Assembly (NCBI GenBank): GCA_943704425.1 | Contig: CALSCP010002759.1 | Span: 1 to 64,000, forward strand | Direction of reading: 5' to 3' | Length of the DNA: 64,000 nt | Origin: Ministeria vibrans ATCC 50519 | Lineage: Eukaryota; Protista; Filasterea | The notes under the pieces: model-generated | The model's database searches: none | Told to the model about the DNA's origin: nothing | What the model saw: the letters and a program-made list of their open reading frames with translations, nothing else | Position numbers and translations under genes: made by a program | In this document: piece by piece, positions 41,076 through 52,255 of the stretch | How positions within the stretch are numbered: position 1 is the first letter of the stretch | Layout: each line of letters opens with the position of its first letter

Positions 41076-41314
41076 GATGCGCTGTCTGTTTGTTTATAGT
41101 GTGTGGTGTGTGCAGTGCTGTGCGTATTGCCTCGATTCGAGTGTGTGTACAATGCTGTAGATTGTGTAGGCTATAGCTGTCTTTTTGAGAGGGGGGGAGT
41201 CGGAGGGAAGAAGAAGAAATCCGACTGATCTGTCTGATCATAAACGAATTGTTTATTTATTGTCAAACCAAAATTGAAAATTCCCCAAATCCCAATCAAA
41301 TTTTTTTTTCCGTC

Positions 41315-42962
41315 ATGGAATCTCTGCGCTTTTCTCTTGCCTGTCCCATTTGTTTCGACCTCTCGTTTGACCCAGGTGAGTGACCTGGTGTCAATGTGTC
41401 CCTACAGGCATCACTCAGCGCTGCTTCCTTCTCTTTTTTATTAATTTTGTTTCCGACCCTCAAAAAAATTGCAAAAAATTGCAAAAAAAAAAAAAAATGC
41501 AGTTGTGCTCTCTTCGTGCGGGCACGGCATGTGTGGGACCTGTGCGGCATTTGTGGGCTCCCCAAAAGGATCCTGCAACGAACGCCTTGGCCTGGAGCAG
41601 CGGCATATCGTCTGTCCGCTCTGTCGCAAAAAAGGGCTGATTTCACCAAATTTTCCCCTGCGCAACGTCCTGGCATGGTACGCGGCGCAGGAGTGCGGAA
41701 AGCAGGAGGATAGTGTTGCTGGTGGGTGCAGTGAGGTGACCAGCGCGACCACATTGACGACGCTCGTGACGACAGCGACACAAAAATTCGACAACACATC
41801 GACCAAGACAGAACACAACGAAGCGCTCGTGGCCACGACAAGCATTGCTAGTGCTGCCGACAACAGCGGCGATGACACGTGTGATTCAACAACCACAGCC
41901 ATGCGTCAGACTCCGACGGAGGAAATCGTTCAGGCGCGTCTCACGTTTGTTTTGGACGAGGGCTTCAAAATTGTGCGGAGAGTTCTGACTGCCGATCGCT
42001 GTGTGGGAGTCAAACGCGAGTTCTGCGTCAGTGTTGCCATTGATAAAACATCAGTGGTTCTTCGGGGAGCCCTTCGAAACATCGCGGCAGCGCGTGAGCG
42101 CATCGTTCGCATTGTTCTTGAGATGCAAGAGCACGCCTCAACGACACACGACACACGACACGACACGACATACGACTCGATCAATCATCCCCTTCCCTTA
42201 CGTCAGTTACGTGACGTCTTTGATAGCACTGCTGACTTTGGACCTTTTTCATCACATTTTACATCCCCTCCCTCTCTCTCACCGACTTTTGCGGACCCTG
42301 ACGACCCAAGGCGGCCAAGATTTCAGCTCTCGCCCCCCTTCCCTGGCTATTCTCCTTTCTCCTTTCCCACCTCTCCTGGGTTTATAAATTTCCCCTCCCC
42401 GACATATCAACCTGTTTCTCCGCCGCATTTTTCTGTTTTCAATCCACCCAACGTCAACGCACACACTGCCACGCCAGCGCCAGCGCCAGCGACCTTCCGT
42501 GAGTCCCAGCTTCGCCTTCGCCGTGCTGCAGACGATACTTTGTCCCCGCTAGTGGTTTCCTTGCCATCATCGGTGCCAGCGCCGAACTCGCCAAGCAACG
42601 CCAGTCCCTCAGCTCCCTCTGAACTCTTCCTGGCCTCAGGCAGCGCCAACATGAATGGAGTTCCCACGCCGGCCGTCTTGGCCTCACCGCCCCCCCCACC
42701 TTATACAACATCCCTCTCAGGCACAAGTCACATTGACAGGGATGCTCTCATCCAGTCTGTTGTCGATGCAAGAAGCCATGTCCGCCGAAGTGCCTTCTTC
42801 CCCTCTTTACCACGCGACTCCCTTTCCCCGCCTGTCCTTGCCGCATCCATCCACTTCCGCTCTAGAGCTCGCCAACACGACGCCACCCGACTCTCTACAC
42901 ACTCGACTCGTCGTCGCCGTCGTAGCTCCTCCCAACCTGCCCCTTCCGACGATCAGCAGTAA
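41315..42962 (+). CDS. RING-finger protein with a KH-like domain and Ser/Pro-rich tail
   Basis: Spliced CPICFDLSFDP|VVLSSCGHGMCGTC...CPLCR (C3HC4); VKREFCVSVAIDKTSVVLRGALRNIAAARERIVRIV resembles the C-terminal half of a KH fold. Confidence 0.75.
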
Positions 42963-43028
42963 AATTACATCATTTCATGAAGCTGTATTATATACATACA
43001 CACTTTCGCATTGGTTTGTTTTGTTTTG

Positions 43029-45848
43029 TTACGACGTGTGCTTTGGTGCAAAATCCCTGGCATCTTCATCGCAAAACTTGACAAAACGAGCAAGAGCTGA
43101 GAGGAGCGCATCGACGGTCTCATCGACCTGATCGCGCGACTTTGAGCCAAAACACAGATCCATTGCGGAAGAGCGGAAGAGCTCGTTTGCGCGTGAGAGT
43201 TGAGTGACCTGCTGAGTAGCAAGAGAGGTCTGCGACGGTGTAATGTGAGTAAAGGAGGCAAAGAAGAGGGTTGCAGAGGCAAAGAGCAGCGCCACGGCCC
43301 GGTGAACGTGCTCGGCCGTCACGGCGACCACTCGAGCGTCGTCAGAGCCACTGAGGAGGTACAGACCCACACAGATGTCGTCGAGAGACGCACGTAGCCA
43401 CAGAATGAACGTATCAAAGGAGGATGCTACAGAAGCAGTAGTAGTAGAAGTCGCAGTGGAAATAGAGGAGGTGGTGGTGGTAGTGGCGTGTGCGCTGAGG
43501 TCGTTCAGAGGAGGAATCGAGGAGAGCCAGGCGGGTGAAACTCCTGCTAGTCGCGCATGAAGCACTGTTTCACGACCAGAGGACACAGGGAATGTGCGAG
43601 AGGTGGAAACTGGCGCGTTAGTAGAGGAAGTAGTAGTAGTAGTGGCACTGCCTGTTCTCGGGCAAGTGTGCGGAGCAGAAGGAGAGTAAGCCGGGAGAAG
43701 AGTGAGGGTGGTTGTTGTGGCCGTTGCTCCATCGACTGCTGTTGTTGTCGTTGCAGCTGTTGTTGTTGATGATGACGATGATGATGATGATGATGATGAT
43801 GATTTGCCGACTGGGTTTGCACCGCGTTCCTTGAGCGTCTCCTGTTGCCTCAGAGTGAACATGCAGCCAGTGGCCATGTCTACCTTGAGCTGTTCGGCGG
43901 TGGGCCGTCTTACGCGCTGCATGCGCATACACCGCCGACTCATCTCCATCAGATCGACCGGAATCGACTCCAATGGAACTGGCGGCATCACATCAATCCC
44001 TTGTCCAATCGCTTCCACAATCTCCTCCTCAGCCAGCGTCTCGTACGGCACTCGCTCCGCAATGAGCTCCAACACAAGCACTCCAAACGCATACACATCA
44101 CTGGCGCGCGAGTGCCGCGACACTCCTCGTACCACCTCGGGACTCTGATAGCGCAGACTCCCCACTGCGCCTGGAGCCCCAACACGCACTACACTGCGCT
44201 CCTTCAGATGCAGCAGCCCACAGTCCAGCAAAACGGCTCGTCCTTTCTCGTCCACCATTACATTGTTTGGCTACACAACAACAAAAAAAACACACACGAC
44301 ACATACAATTAATTATGAGTGTGCGTCACTCTCACCGTCACACACACATACACACACCACACACACACACCACAAAGACACACCACAAAGACACACCACA
44401 AAGACACACCACAAAGACACACCACAAAGACACACCACAAAGACACACCACACACACACACCACACACACACACATACACACACACACACATACACACAA
44501 AACCAAACACAAAACCAAACACACACATACATACATACACATACACACACATACACACACACACACACACACACAAAACCAAACACACACATACATACAT
44601 ACACACACACACACATACACACACACAAAGTCTTCACCTTAAGATCACGGTGAAGAACGGGCGGTGAGAGGGCATGAAGATAAACGAGACCCGCAATAAT
44701 ATCGTTCAGAATGACGGCGCGCTTGTTGTCTTCGCCGATGCGGGGTGCGCGGTCACTGTGCAACAGCGCACCCAGCGACAGCCCACCCACGTAGCGCGGC
44801 ATGACCACCCGCACCCGCAGCGTCGTGTCGTCGACCGATAACAGACGCATTGCACAGCCAAAGACTCTGCCCACGTTGGGATGCGATAGCGCCACGAGCC
44901 GTCGCACATCGTCAGCGACACGGTCCATCAGTCCCTTTGCGTTGTGTGCGCGACTCTTGAGCTTCACCTCCTTCACCGCCAACACTTGGCCGTCAAGTGT
45001 TCCCTGGAACACCACACCAAACGTCCCTCGTCCAATGTACTGCGTATCTCCATACACCCACGGTAGCTCCCAGTTCACATCTGTGTCGTTGGTCGCCTGC
45101 TCAGCCGGTGCGCCCCCTAAAAAACAAGATGATTGTAGTGTCCTCTCGACTTTTTGGTGCACGTTCTGTCTTGTACCTGCTGGACCCGAACGAAACGAAC
45201 GGCGGCCTCCGTGACCAAGAGGTGCACGTCGACGACGGTAGCCCGACGCAGCCAGGAGATAGGAGGCGTAGCGGATGTCTTCGCGCACCGTCGCCAGTCG
45301 CTCATGATGCAAACTGAGTTCGTGCGCGAGAAACGTCCGCGTTTGGTCCGCCGGCAGCACCGACTCCTCAAAGAGATTGCACACTTCACGAAGGTACGCT
45401 TCAATCGCAAGGAACTGCGCTGAGTGAGAGCCGTTGCGCAGCAGACGCGAACCGATGGAGAGCGAGCACATATCCTCAATGAGCTTTCGCGCCGCACACA
45501 GCGTCACCAGCAGATGCTCCAGGTTCTCCACCGCATGCGGGTTCTCGTGGAGGATCTCCCCTACGAGCAGCGTGCGGAAGGCAAGCGCGCGACATTGCGA
45601 AAGGTTTCCGCTGAGCAAAGCGAAAAATCATAAGTAAAAAGGGGGAAAGAGCGTCTTTCGTTTTTTGCGTACACAACGTGCCCGGCAGCCATGTCAATGT
45701 CATCGATGGCAACAAAGATGGCCTGCAGCAACTCTTCGTCGAGTTTCTTCGCGTGTGCTGCCGACGCCACATCCGTCTCAGACGATCCTGTCGCTGTCGC
45801 TGACGAGGCGGACGCCATCGCCGGCGCGCACGACTCCGGCTGTGCCAT
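43029..45848 (-). CDS. MLKL-like N-terminal four-helix bundle + TKL-type protein kinase
   Basis: Intron 45611-45672 joins ..AAGHVV|GNLSQCRALAFR..; kinase IGRGTFG, LAVKEV, HPNV, LHRDLK|PNNV, DCG, GSLRYQSPE, SDVYAFG. Confidence 0.8.
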
Positions 45849-46030
45849 ATCAACAATGGCCGAGTCCACGCTCGACTCGACTGCACAAAATGATCAAAAT
45901 GAGTATTGCGATTTGAGTATTGACTAGACAATTTCGACAAGTAAGTGTCAAGACAAACGAGATCTTAATTCAGTCACACAACTCACAAGTCACAACACAA
46001 CTTTTTTCCACTACCACAACCACAACCAGC

Positions 46031-46432
46031 ATGCCTCTTCCCGAATTCCCCCACATCAGCACGGACGCCGTCCACGCCGGCCAGGCGCCCGAGCCCGTCA
46101 CGGGTGCGCTCGTTGTGCCGCTCAGCCTCGCCACGACGTACGCCCAGTCGTCGCCCGGCCAGCACACCGTAAGCGTGCACTCCCCCCCCTCCCCGTCCGT
46201 CCTCTTCCCGCCCGCTGCTCCCCTCTTCGCTAATCCGCTTCTCTGTCCCCAAACCGAAATATTTTCCATCTGCAAGAAAAACCGACAAGACATCTCATTG
46301 GCCAAAATCGCTTCTGCCGCCCCATTGCGCCACTTCTGCGCCATCCTTGTGCTTCTTGCATTGCCACGTATCTCCTGCCAACCGCACCAACACCAATACC
46401 TTTTGTAACCCGTTTTTTTTTGTTTGGCACAC

Positions 46433-46464
<32 letters not shown>

Positions 46465-46941
46465 GCCGATCGACACTTTTGCCATACGGCTCTGTTAGTG
46501 TGCGCACTTGCCGCAGTAGCAACCGCTCGTGCATTTGACTCTGATCGTGCGTCGTACCGGTCTGATTTCCGTCTGGGTCGATGTGGCATGAGCGATCAAA
46601 AGCGCCACGCTCAAAACGTGACGTTGACATCCAATCACTCTCTGCCATGCGCCTGTCCTCCGCATCCCACTCCAGCCTCTTCCTTTGCTCCTCTTGTGCT
46701 CTCTCTCTCTCTCTCTCTCTTTCTCTCTGGCTTTTTCTGTTCTATTTATCTCATTATTCAAACTCTGTGTCCTTTGTGATTGACTCAATAGGGTTTCGAG
46801 TACTCGCGCAGTGGCAACCCCACACGCAATGCCTACGAGGCATGCGTCGCCAAGCTCGAGAATGGCAAGCACTGCATGGCCTTCGCTTCGGGCCTTGCCG
46901 CCACCACGACCATTACGTCCCTTGCTAAGGCAGTAAGCTCA

Positions 46942-46994
<53 letters not shown>

Positions 46995-48647
46995 ACTCGT
47001 TGTCTCTCTTTCTCTATCACTTTGTTCTCTTTCTTCTCTCTATCACTTTGTTCTCTTTCTTCTCTCTATCACTTTGTTCTCTTTCTTCTCTCTATCACTT
47101 TGTTCTCTTTCTTCTCTCTATCACTTTGTTCTCTTTCTTCTCTCTATCACTTTGTTCTCTTTCTTCTCTCTATCACTTTGTTCTCTTTCTTCTCTCTATC
47201 ACTTTGTTCTCTTTCTTCTCTCTATCACTTTGTTCTTCTCCTCTCTGTCACTTCGTTCTTTCTCTCTCCTTTGCTGTTCTTTTTCCCTTCTCTTCTTCTC
47301 CTCTCTCACACAGCTACTCATACTGTTGCTTTAGGGTGAGCACATTCTCAGCATGAGCGACGTGTACGGAGGCACCAACCGACTGTTCCAGAAGATTCTC
47401 GCCGAGGTAGGAAACGAAAAAATGGTTGATTGTAAAGAAACTCATTTTCTCTTCCTTCGAAGCGCAACGTTGAAGCGTCGTTTGTTGACGCCACCAACCC
47501 CGAGCTGTTTGCGAAGGCATTCCGTCCCAACACCAAGGTACAGTGTCAATAAGCAAAGACAGGAAAGAAATTTGTCAATTGACAACAACATATTTCAACA
47601 TAGATTGTGTGGATTGAGACACCCACAAACCCTACTCTGCGCATGGTTGACATTGCCAAGATTGTCGAGATCACCCGCAAGCAAAACAAGGGTAAAGCAC
47701 TTACAAAGCACATACAAAGCACACTGATTTCTCACTTGTCTCTCTCTCTCTCCTTTTTTGTTGTAGACATTGTCATTGTTGTCGACAACACATTTATGTC
47801 GTCGTACTTCCAGCGCCCGCTTGACTTTGGAGCGGACGTTGTGATGCACTCGGTGTCCAAGTACATGAATGGCCATTCAGATGTCATTGGAGGCATTGCC
47901 GTGACCAACAGCGATGCGATCGGCGACCGTCTGCGCTTCTTGCAGAACGCCATGGGTGGTGTTCCCGCACCGTTTGACTGCTTCATGGTTCTGCGTGGTC
48001 TCAAGACCCTCCCGCTGCGCATGAAGCAGCACGCCATCAACGCCATGGCTGTCGCCCGTGCCCTTGAGGCCAACCCGCGTGTTGTCGAGGCCATCTACCC
48101 CGGTCTTGAGTCGCACCCACAGCACGACATTGCCCAGCGTCAGTGCACCGGCTACTCCGGTATGGTCAGCTTCCGTATCGTCGGTGGCCTCGCCGAGGCC
48201 ACCAAGTTCCTCGAGTCCGTCAAGGTTTTTGCCCTCGCCGAGTCGCTTGGTGCCGTCGAGTCGCTCGCCGAGCTCCCGTCTATCATGACGCACGCGTCCA
48301 TCAGCGCCGAAGAGCGTCTCCTGATTGGCGTCACCGACTCGCTTGTGCGTCTCTCCGTCGGTGTCGAGGACACCCAAGATCTCGTCAACGACGTTGAGCA
48401 GGCGCTTCGTGCTGCCGTCAGCGACGAACGCCTTGCCGAGCTCACTTCATCCGACGCGGCCGCCGTCAGCTCACCCTCCGAGACGGTCACGGCCGCCGCC
48501 GGTACTTCCAGCAGCGATGCCAACCCGCGCCTCGGCCACAACCGCAAGAACGAGTCGTCCATCTCCTTTGGTGGGAACGACAACTCCGAGCGTCCCTCCA
48601 CCCGCGTTCACCATCCCCCGGGCGGCAAGTCTAACATCTTCTTCTGA
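46031..48647 (+). CDS. CTH: Cystathionine gamma-lyase with C-terminal extension
   Basis: STDAVHAGQ, FEYSRSGNPTR, FASGLAA, DVYGGT, WIETPTNP, VDNTF, HSVSKYMNGHSD (PLP lysine), LAESLG.VESL, LVRLSVG.ED. Confidence 0.93.
47000..47240 (+). repeat. Intronic 23-bp minisatellite (TCTCTCTATCACTTTGTTCTCTTTCT-like), member of a window-wide intron repeat family
   Basis: About 9-10 tandem units here; the same CTATCACTTTGT core occurs in introns near 1720-1860, 2400-2470, 3960-4210, 5300-5400, 20640-20700, 36130, 57150-57240 and 58540-58620. Confidence 0.85.
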
Positions 48648-48738
48648 TCCTTTTGTTTTAAGTGCAATTGCATTCCATATATCCTCTTGAGAAAAAATGT
48701 TTTTCATCGATTTCATTGTTACGACAAATTTTTTTGTA

Positions 48739-51700
48739 TCATTCGTCACTCTCGTTGAGCAGCCAAGTCTCGACACGATTGAGAGACGGAAATCCCACAA
48801 GCAAATCAATCATGGAATTCGAATCGAGGTCTGTGGCAGGAGCGAGTGCAGTCCCAATGTCCACGGTGGGCTGAGTGTCGGAGCCGGTGCGCTCCATCCG
48901 CAGTGGCTCGACCTTCTTTGCGTGTATACTGTCGTCGGTAATCAGTACACGTAGGACTGCCTCCTGTGAGGGCACTCCCACATAAAAATCGCCCGCCATA
49001 TTGTCATCTGTATCACCAGCGGCCACGAGTGCGCCACGAAATACCGTCACGTTTGGATAGAGATTGATGAGCTCTTGACGCAACGATACTAAAGTACTCA
49101 CAATGACTGTTGACGTTGAGGCTTGCCAGGTGGGCCTCAGCAACATCACGTCAGACGGCACACTTCCATCCGTACCGTACATTCCCACTGCAAGCATGCC
49201 CGTCGCACCGCTACCCACAGTCAGAGCACACAGCGCGCTTCCAAACATGGCTCCAGCACTCCCTCCAGTTGGTGTAATCGCATGCGACGTAATCACAGTA
49301 CCACCGCTGGACATGCGCAATATGTACACGTCACCCACCTTCGTCCCATCTGATGACGGTGCGCCCACTGCAAGATCATCAATTCCCTACAATTACATCA
49401 TAACAGTAATAATTATTTTTTTCAGTTCACTTCTTCCGTCCATCTTTTGACTCTTACGTTTCCATCAATGTCGGGAATGGCAGCCAGAGCAGCCCCAAAA
49501 CGCTGGCCCGAGCCCGACACGAGTGTGTAAAGGCTGATAATGGACGCTTTTCCTGCCAGATCAACAGTCGCAAAGTGTATTGTGCCTTCAAAAAAAAAAA
49601 AAAAAACACCANNNNNNNNNNGCAGACAATCAATGAGGCAGCGCTGAAGGAGCAGCTTGAAATGCTTGATGACAAAAAAAAAACACCAACGTACAATGTC
49701 AACCTCAATGTCAGTTGCAAAAACACTACACTGTCTTTTTGTCTTGCCTCGAGTCGTTCCTGGCTCCCCAATGACAACGTATGGCGTTTGTTGAAGGACA
49801 ATGGTCGCAGTTGCAGCACCAAACTCGGTCCCAAAGCCCTGCCTGAGCTTCACCGAGCGCAAGACGGAGCCATCGGAGCGCATGAGAAGCGTAAAAAACG
49901 CACCTTCGGTGGGCGCACCCACACCCACGTCGACCACACCATTGCTGTCCACGTCGCCCAGACTGACCATGGCCGACCCAAATGCACTGGTTGGCGACTG
50001 ACCAAAGGCTGTCGTGCCACGAATGAGCGAATGGTGCGACGTGGACTGTGTGCTGTTGAAAAAGAGCACCGTGACCGCCCCCTCGCGATTGCCCGCCTCT
50101 CGGTATCCCGTCACACCCACCATGAGACGGAAGACGCCATTGGTCTCTGTTGGTTCGCCAAAGGACGCAATGGACCGTCCATAGAAGAGAGTCGAGAGCG
50201 TCGTCGAAGGGGTCGGATCAAAACGGCGCGTGTGAATCACCTCGCCAGTCGCACTCAATCGCAACTGGTACACCACTCCCGACAAGACCGACCCTCCTTG
50301 TTTCGCACCAACCCACAGATCAGGCAATGCCGGGAGGTTCGCGCTGCTTGCGCGCGCGACAGATACCCCAAATTGGTCGTTGTTGCCAATGACATAGCCA
50401 TTGGTAAGCGATGAAATGGTCGACAAGATATGCAACGCGTTGGGGATAAACGAGAAGATGATCACCTGTGAGTCTTGGTACATGCCCGCCGCAATCTCCG
50501 TGTTGTCGTCATCGTCAAGGTCACCAATGTCCGCCAGACTAATCCACGTACTGGACGAGGAGAGGAGATTGAGAGCGGGCACAGCCACTCGTTCAACAAT
50601 AGTGCTGTTCGTAGCACTTAGGTAGAGCGCTTCAAGCCCCATTGCACGTGAACCGCCCACGAGCAGCATTCGTTTGCTCTCGACAAACACCAACGAGCTT
50701 CCGTACGCCGTGTGGCCGAAGATGGGCTCCACACGGATGCTCTCAAGGACACTTGCGTTGCGATGGAGCATCACAAGGAAGACAACGCCAGGCGACGAGC
50801 CATTGCTAAGTGCCTCATAGGGTGCACCCACTGCAATGTCCCGCACCCCATCTCCATTAATGTCGCCCAATCCTACACACACAAATAAAAAAATAAAAAT
50901 AAAATAGAAGACGAAGAAGATAGAATACTAATAATAATTATTATTAATAATAAAATTAATATTAAACAAAACACGTATTTCAATGAATGAATATTATTAT
51001 CATTATTATCATTATTATTATCATTAATTTTGTTATTATTATTATCATTATTTATTTTATTATTATTATTATTACTATTATCATTATTATTATTATTATT
51101 ATTATTATTGTTGTTGTTGTTGTTATTATTAGTATTATTACTAGTATTACTATTATTATTATTATTAGTAGTAGTATTACTATTAATAGTATTGGTATTT
51201 TACAAATGACGTTATTTTATTGTATTAATTTGCTTACCGGTGACAGAGAAACCAAATTGGGCCGAGGAGAGTGCCTCAAATTGAAGCTGCAGTTCAATTT
51301 GCGAGACAGTGTGAAACGATTCTCCATCACCATTCATTAAGAGAACAAACAGAGAGCCCATGGTAGCACCAGTGGCATTGGAGAAGCGTGCGCCCGACGC
51401 CAAGTCGTCGTTTCCGTCACCGTCCACATCGCCAATATTCTGAAGAGATGAAACAAATAAGGCAAATGTCCTTCTTCAAGGAGGGGGGGGGGGCTCTAAT
51501 CTTACCGCTACGCTCGTGCCAAACTCGGCACCGTCGTGAACATTCAACGACTCGACAGAATCGCTTGTGAGAGTGCGTGAGACGGACAGAACATCGGCCG
51601 GAGTACAAGTGGAGCCGTCGCCAAAGTATCCCTCACGACAAGAGCAGGTGTAAGTGCCCGGTACCAAGCCTGTGACACAGTTGGCATTGGAACCACACAC

Positions 51701-52215
51701 GCTGTGACCCTCGCCGCACCAATCAATAGGGGTGCAGGTAAAGCCGTTGCCCCGATAGCCTGTGTTGCACGAACACACTTGTGCGCCCGCGCCTGAGTCG
51801 ACAGCCGAGGCAAACGCCGAGCACGCAAGTGGCAACGGCGGTGTGGTCGTCGCTTCGACTGTGGTGAGCACCTGGGCGGCTGTAAGCGAGCTGAGGAGCG
51901 CGTTGGCGACGGACAAAGTGGCGTCCGTCAGCGCCAGAGACGCGGACAAATTTGCAGGCAAATCCACATTAAGAACCTGTGTGATTGGCACGCCCTGCGC
52001 AAGCAGAGGACCGTTAATTCGAACTGCACCAAACGGGTCCGGCTGAAGCGCAATGTTGCCCTGGTCGTTGTACCTGAAAAGAAAACCCCCCAAAACTTCA
52101 ACTTTTTTTTTCTTTTTTTTTTTTCTCCCTTTTCCTTTTTTCAATCTTACACGTCGGCCGCGAGGGCGTTGGCAGACACAAGGATGGTCGAGAAGAGTAC
52201 AGCAACTACAATCAT
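48739..52215 (-). CDS. Secreted protein: cubilin-like N-terminus, EGF domains, multiple FG-GAP repeats
   Basis: Spliced MIVVAVLFSTILVSANALAADV|YNDQGNIALQP; EGFs CSCNTGYRGNG, CSCREGYFGDG; FG-GAP repeats GDINGDGVRDIAVGAP, GDVDSNGVVDVGVGAP and others; no C-terminal TM segment. One N gap lies in an intron. Confidence 0.8.
50985..51200. repeat. (ATT)n-rich intronic microsatellite
   Basis: Degenerate ATT/ATC/GTT triplets inside an intron of the FG-GAP gene. Confidence 0.85.
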
Positions 52216-52255
52216 CAACAAATAAAAAATTGAAATTGAAATTTGTTGATCATTT

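Noticed and set aside
46170-46790. Riboswitch or snoRNA in the long first intron of CTH
   Set aside because: No TPP aptamer motifs and no convincing C/D or H/ACA box pair found by eye.
48739-52215. Integrin alpha subunit
   Set aside because: FG-GAP repeats are present but there is no thigh/calf region, TM helix or KxGFFKR tail, and EGF domains are N-terminal.
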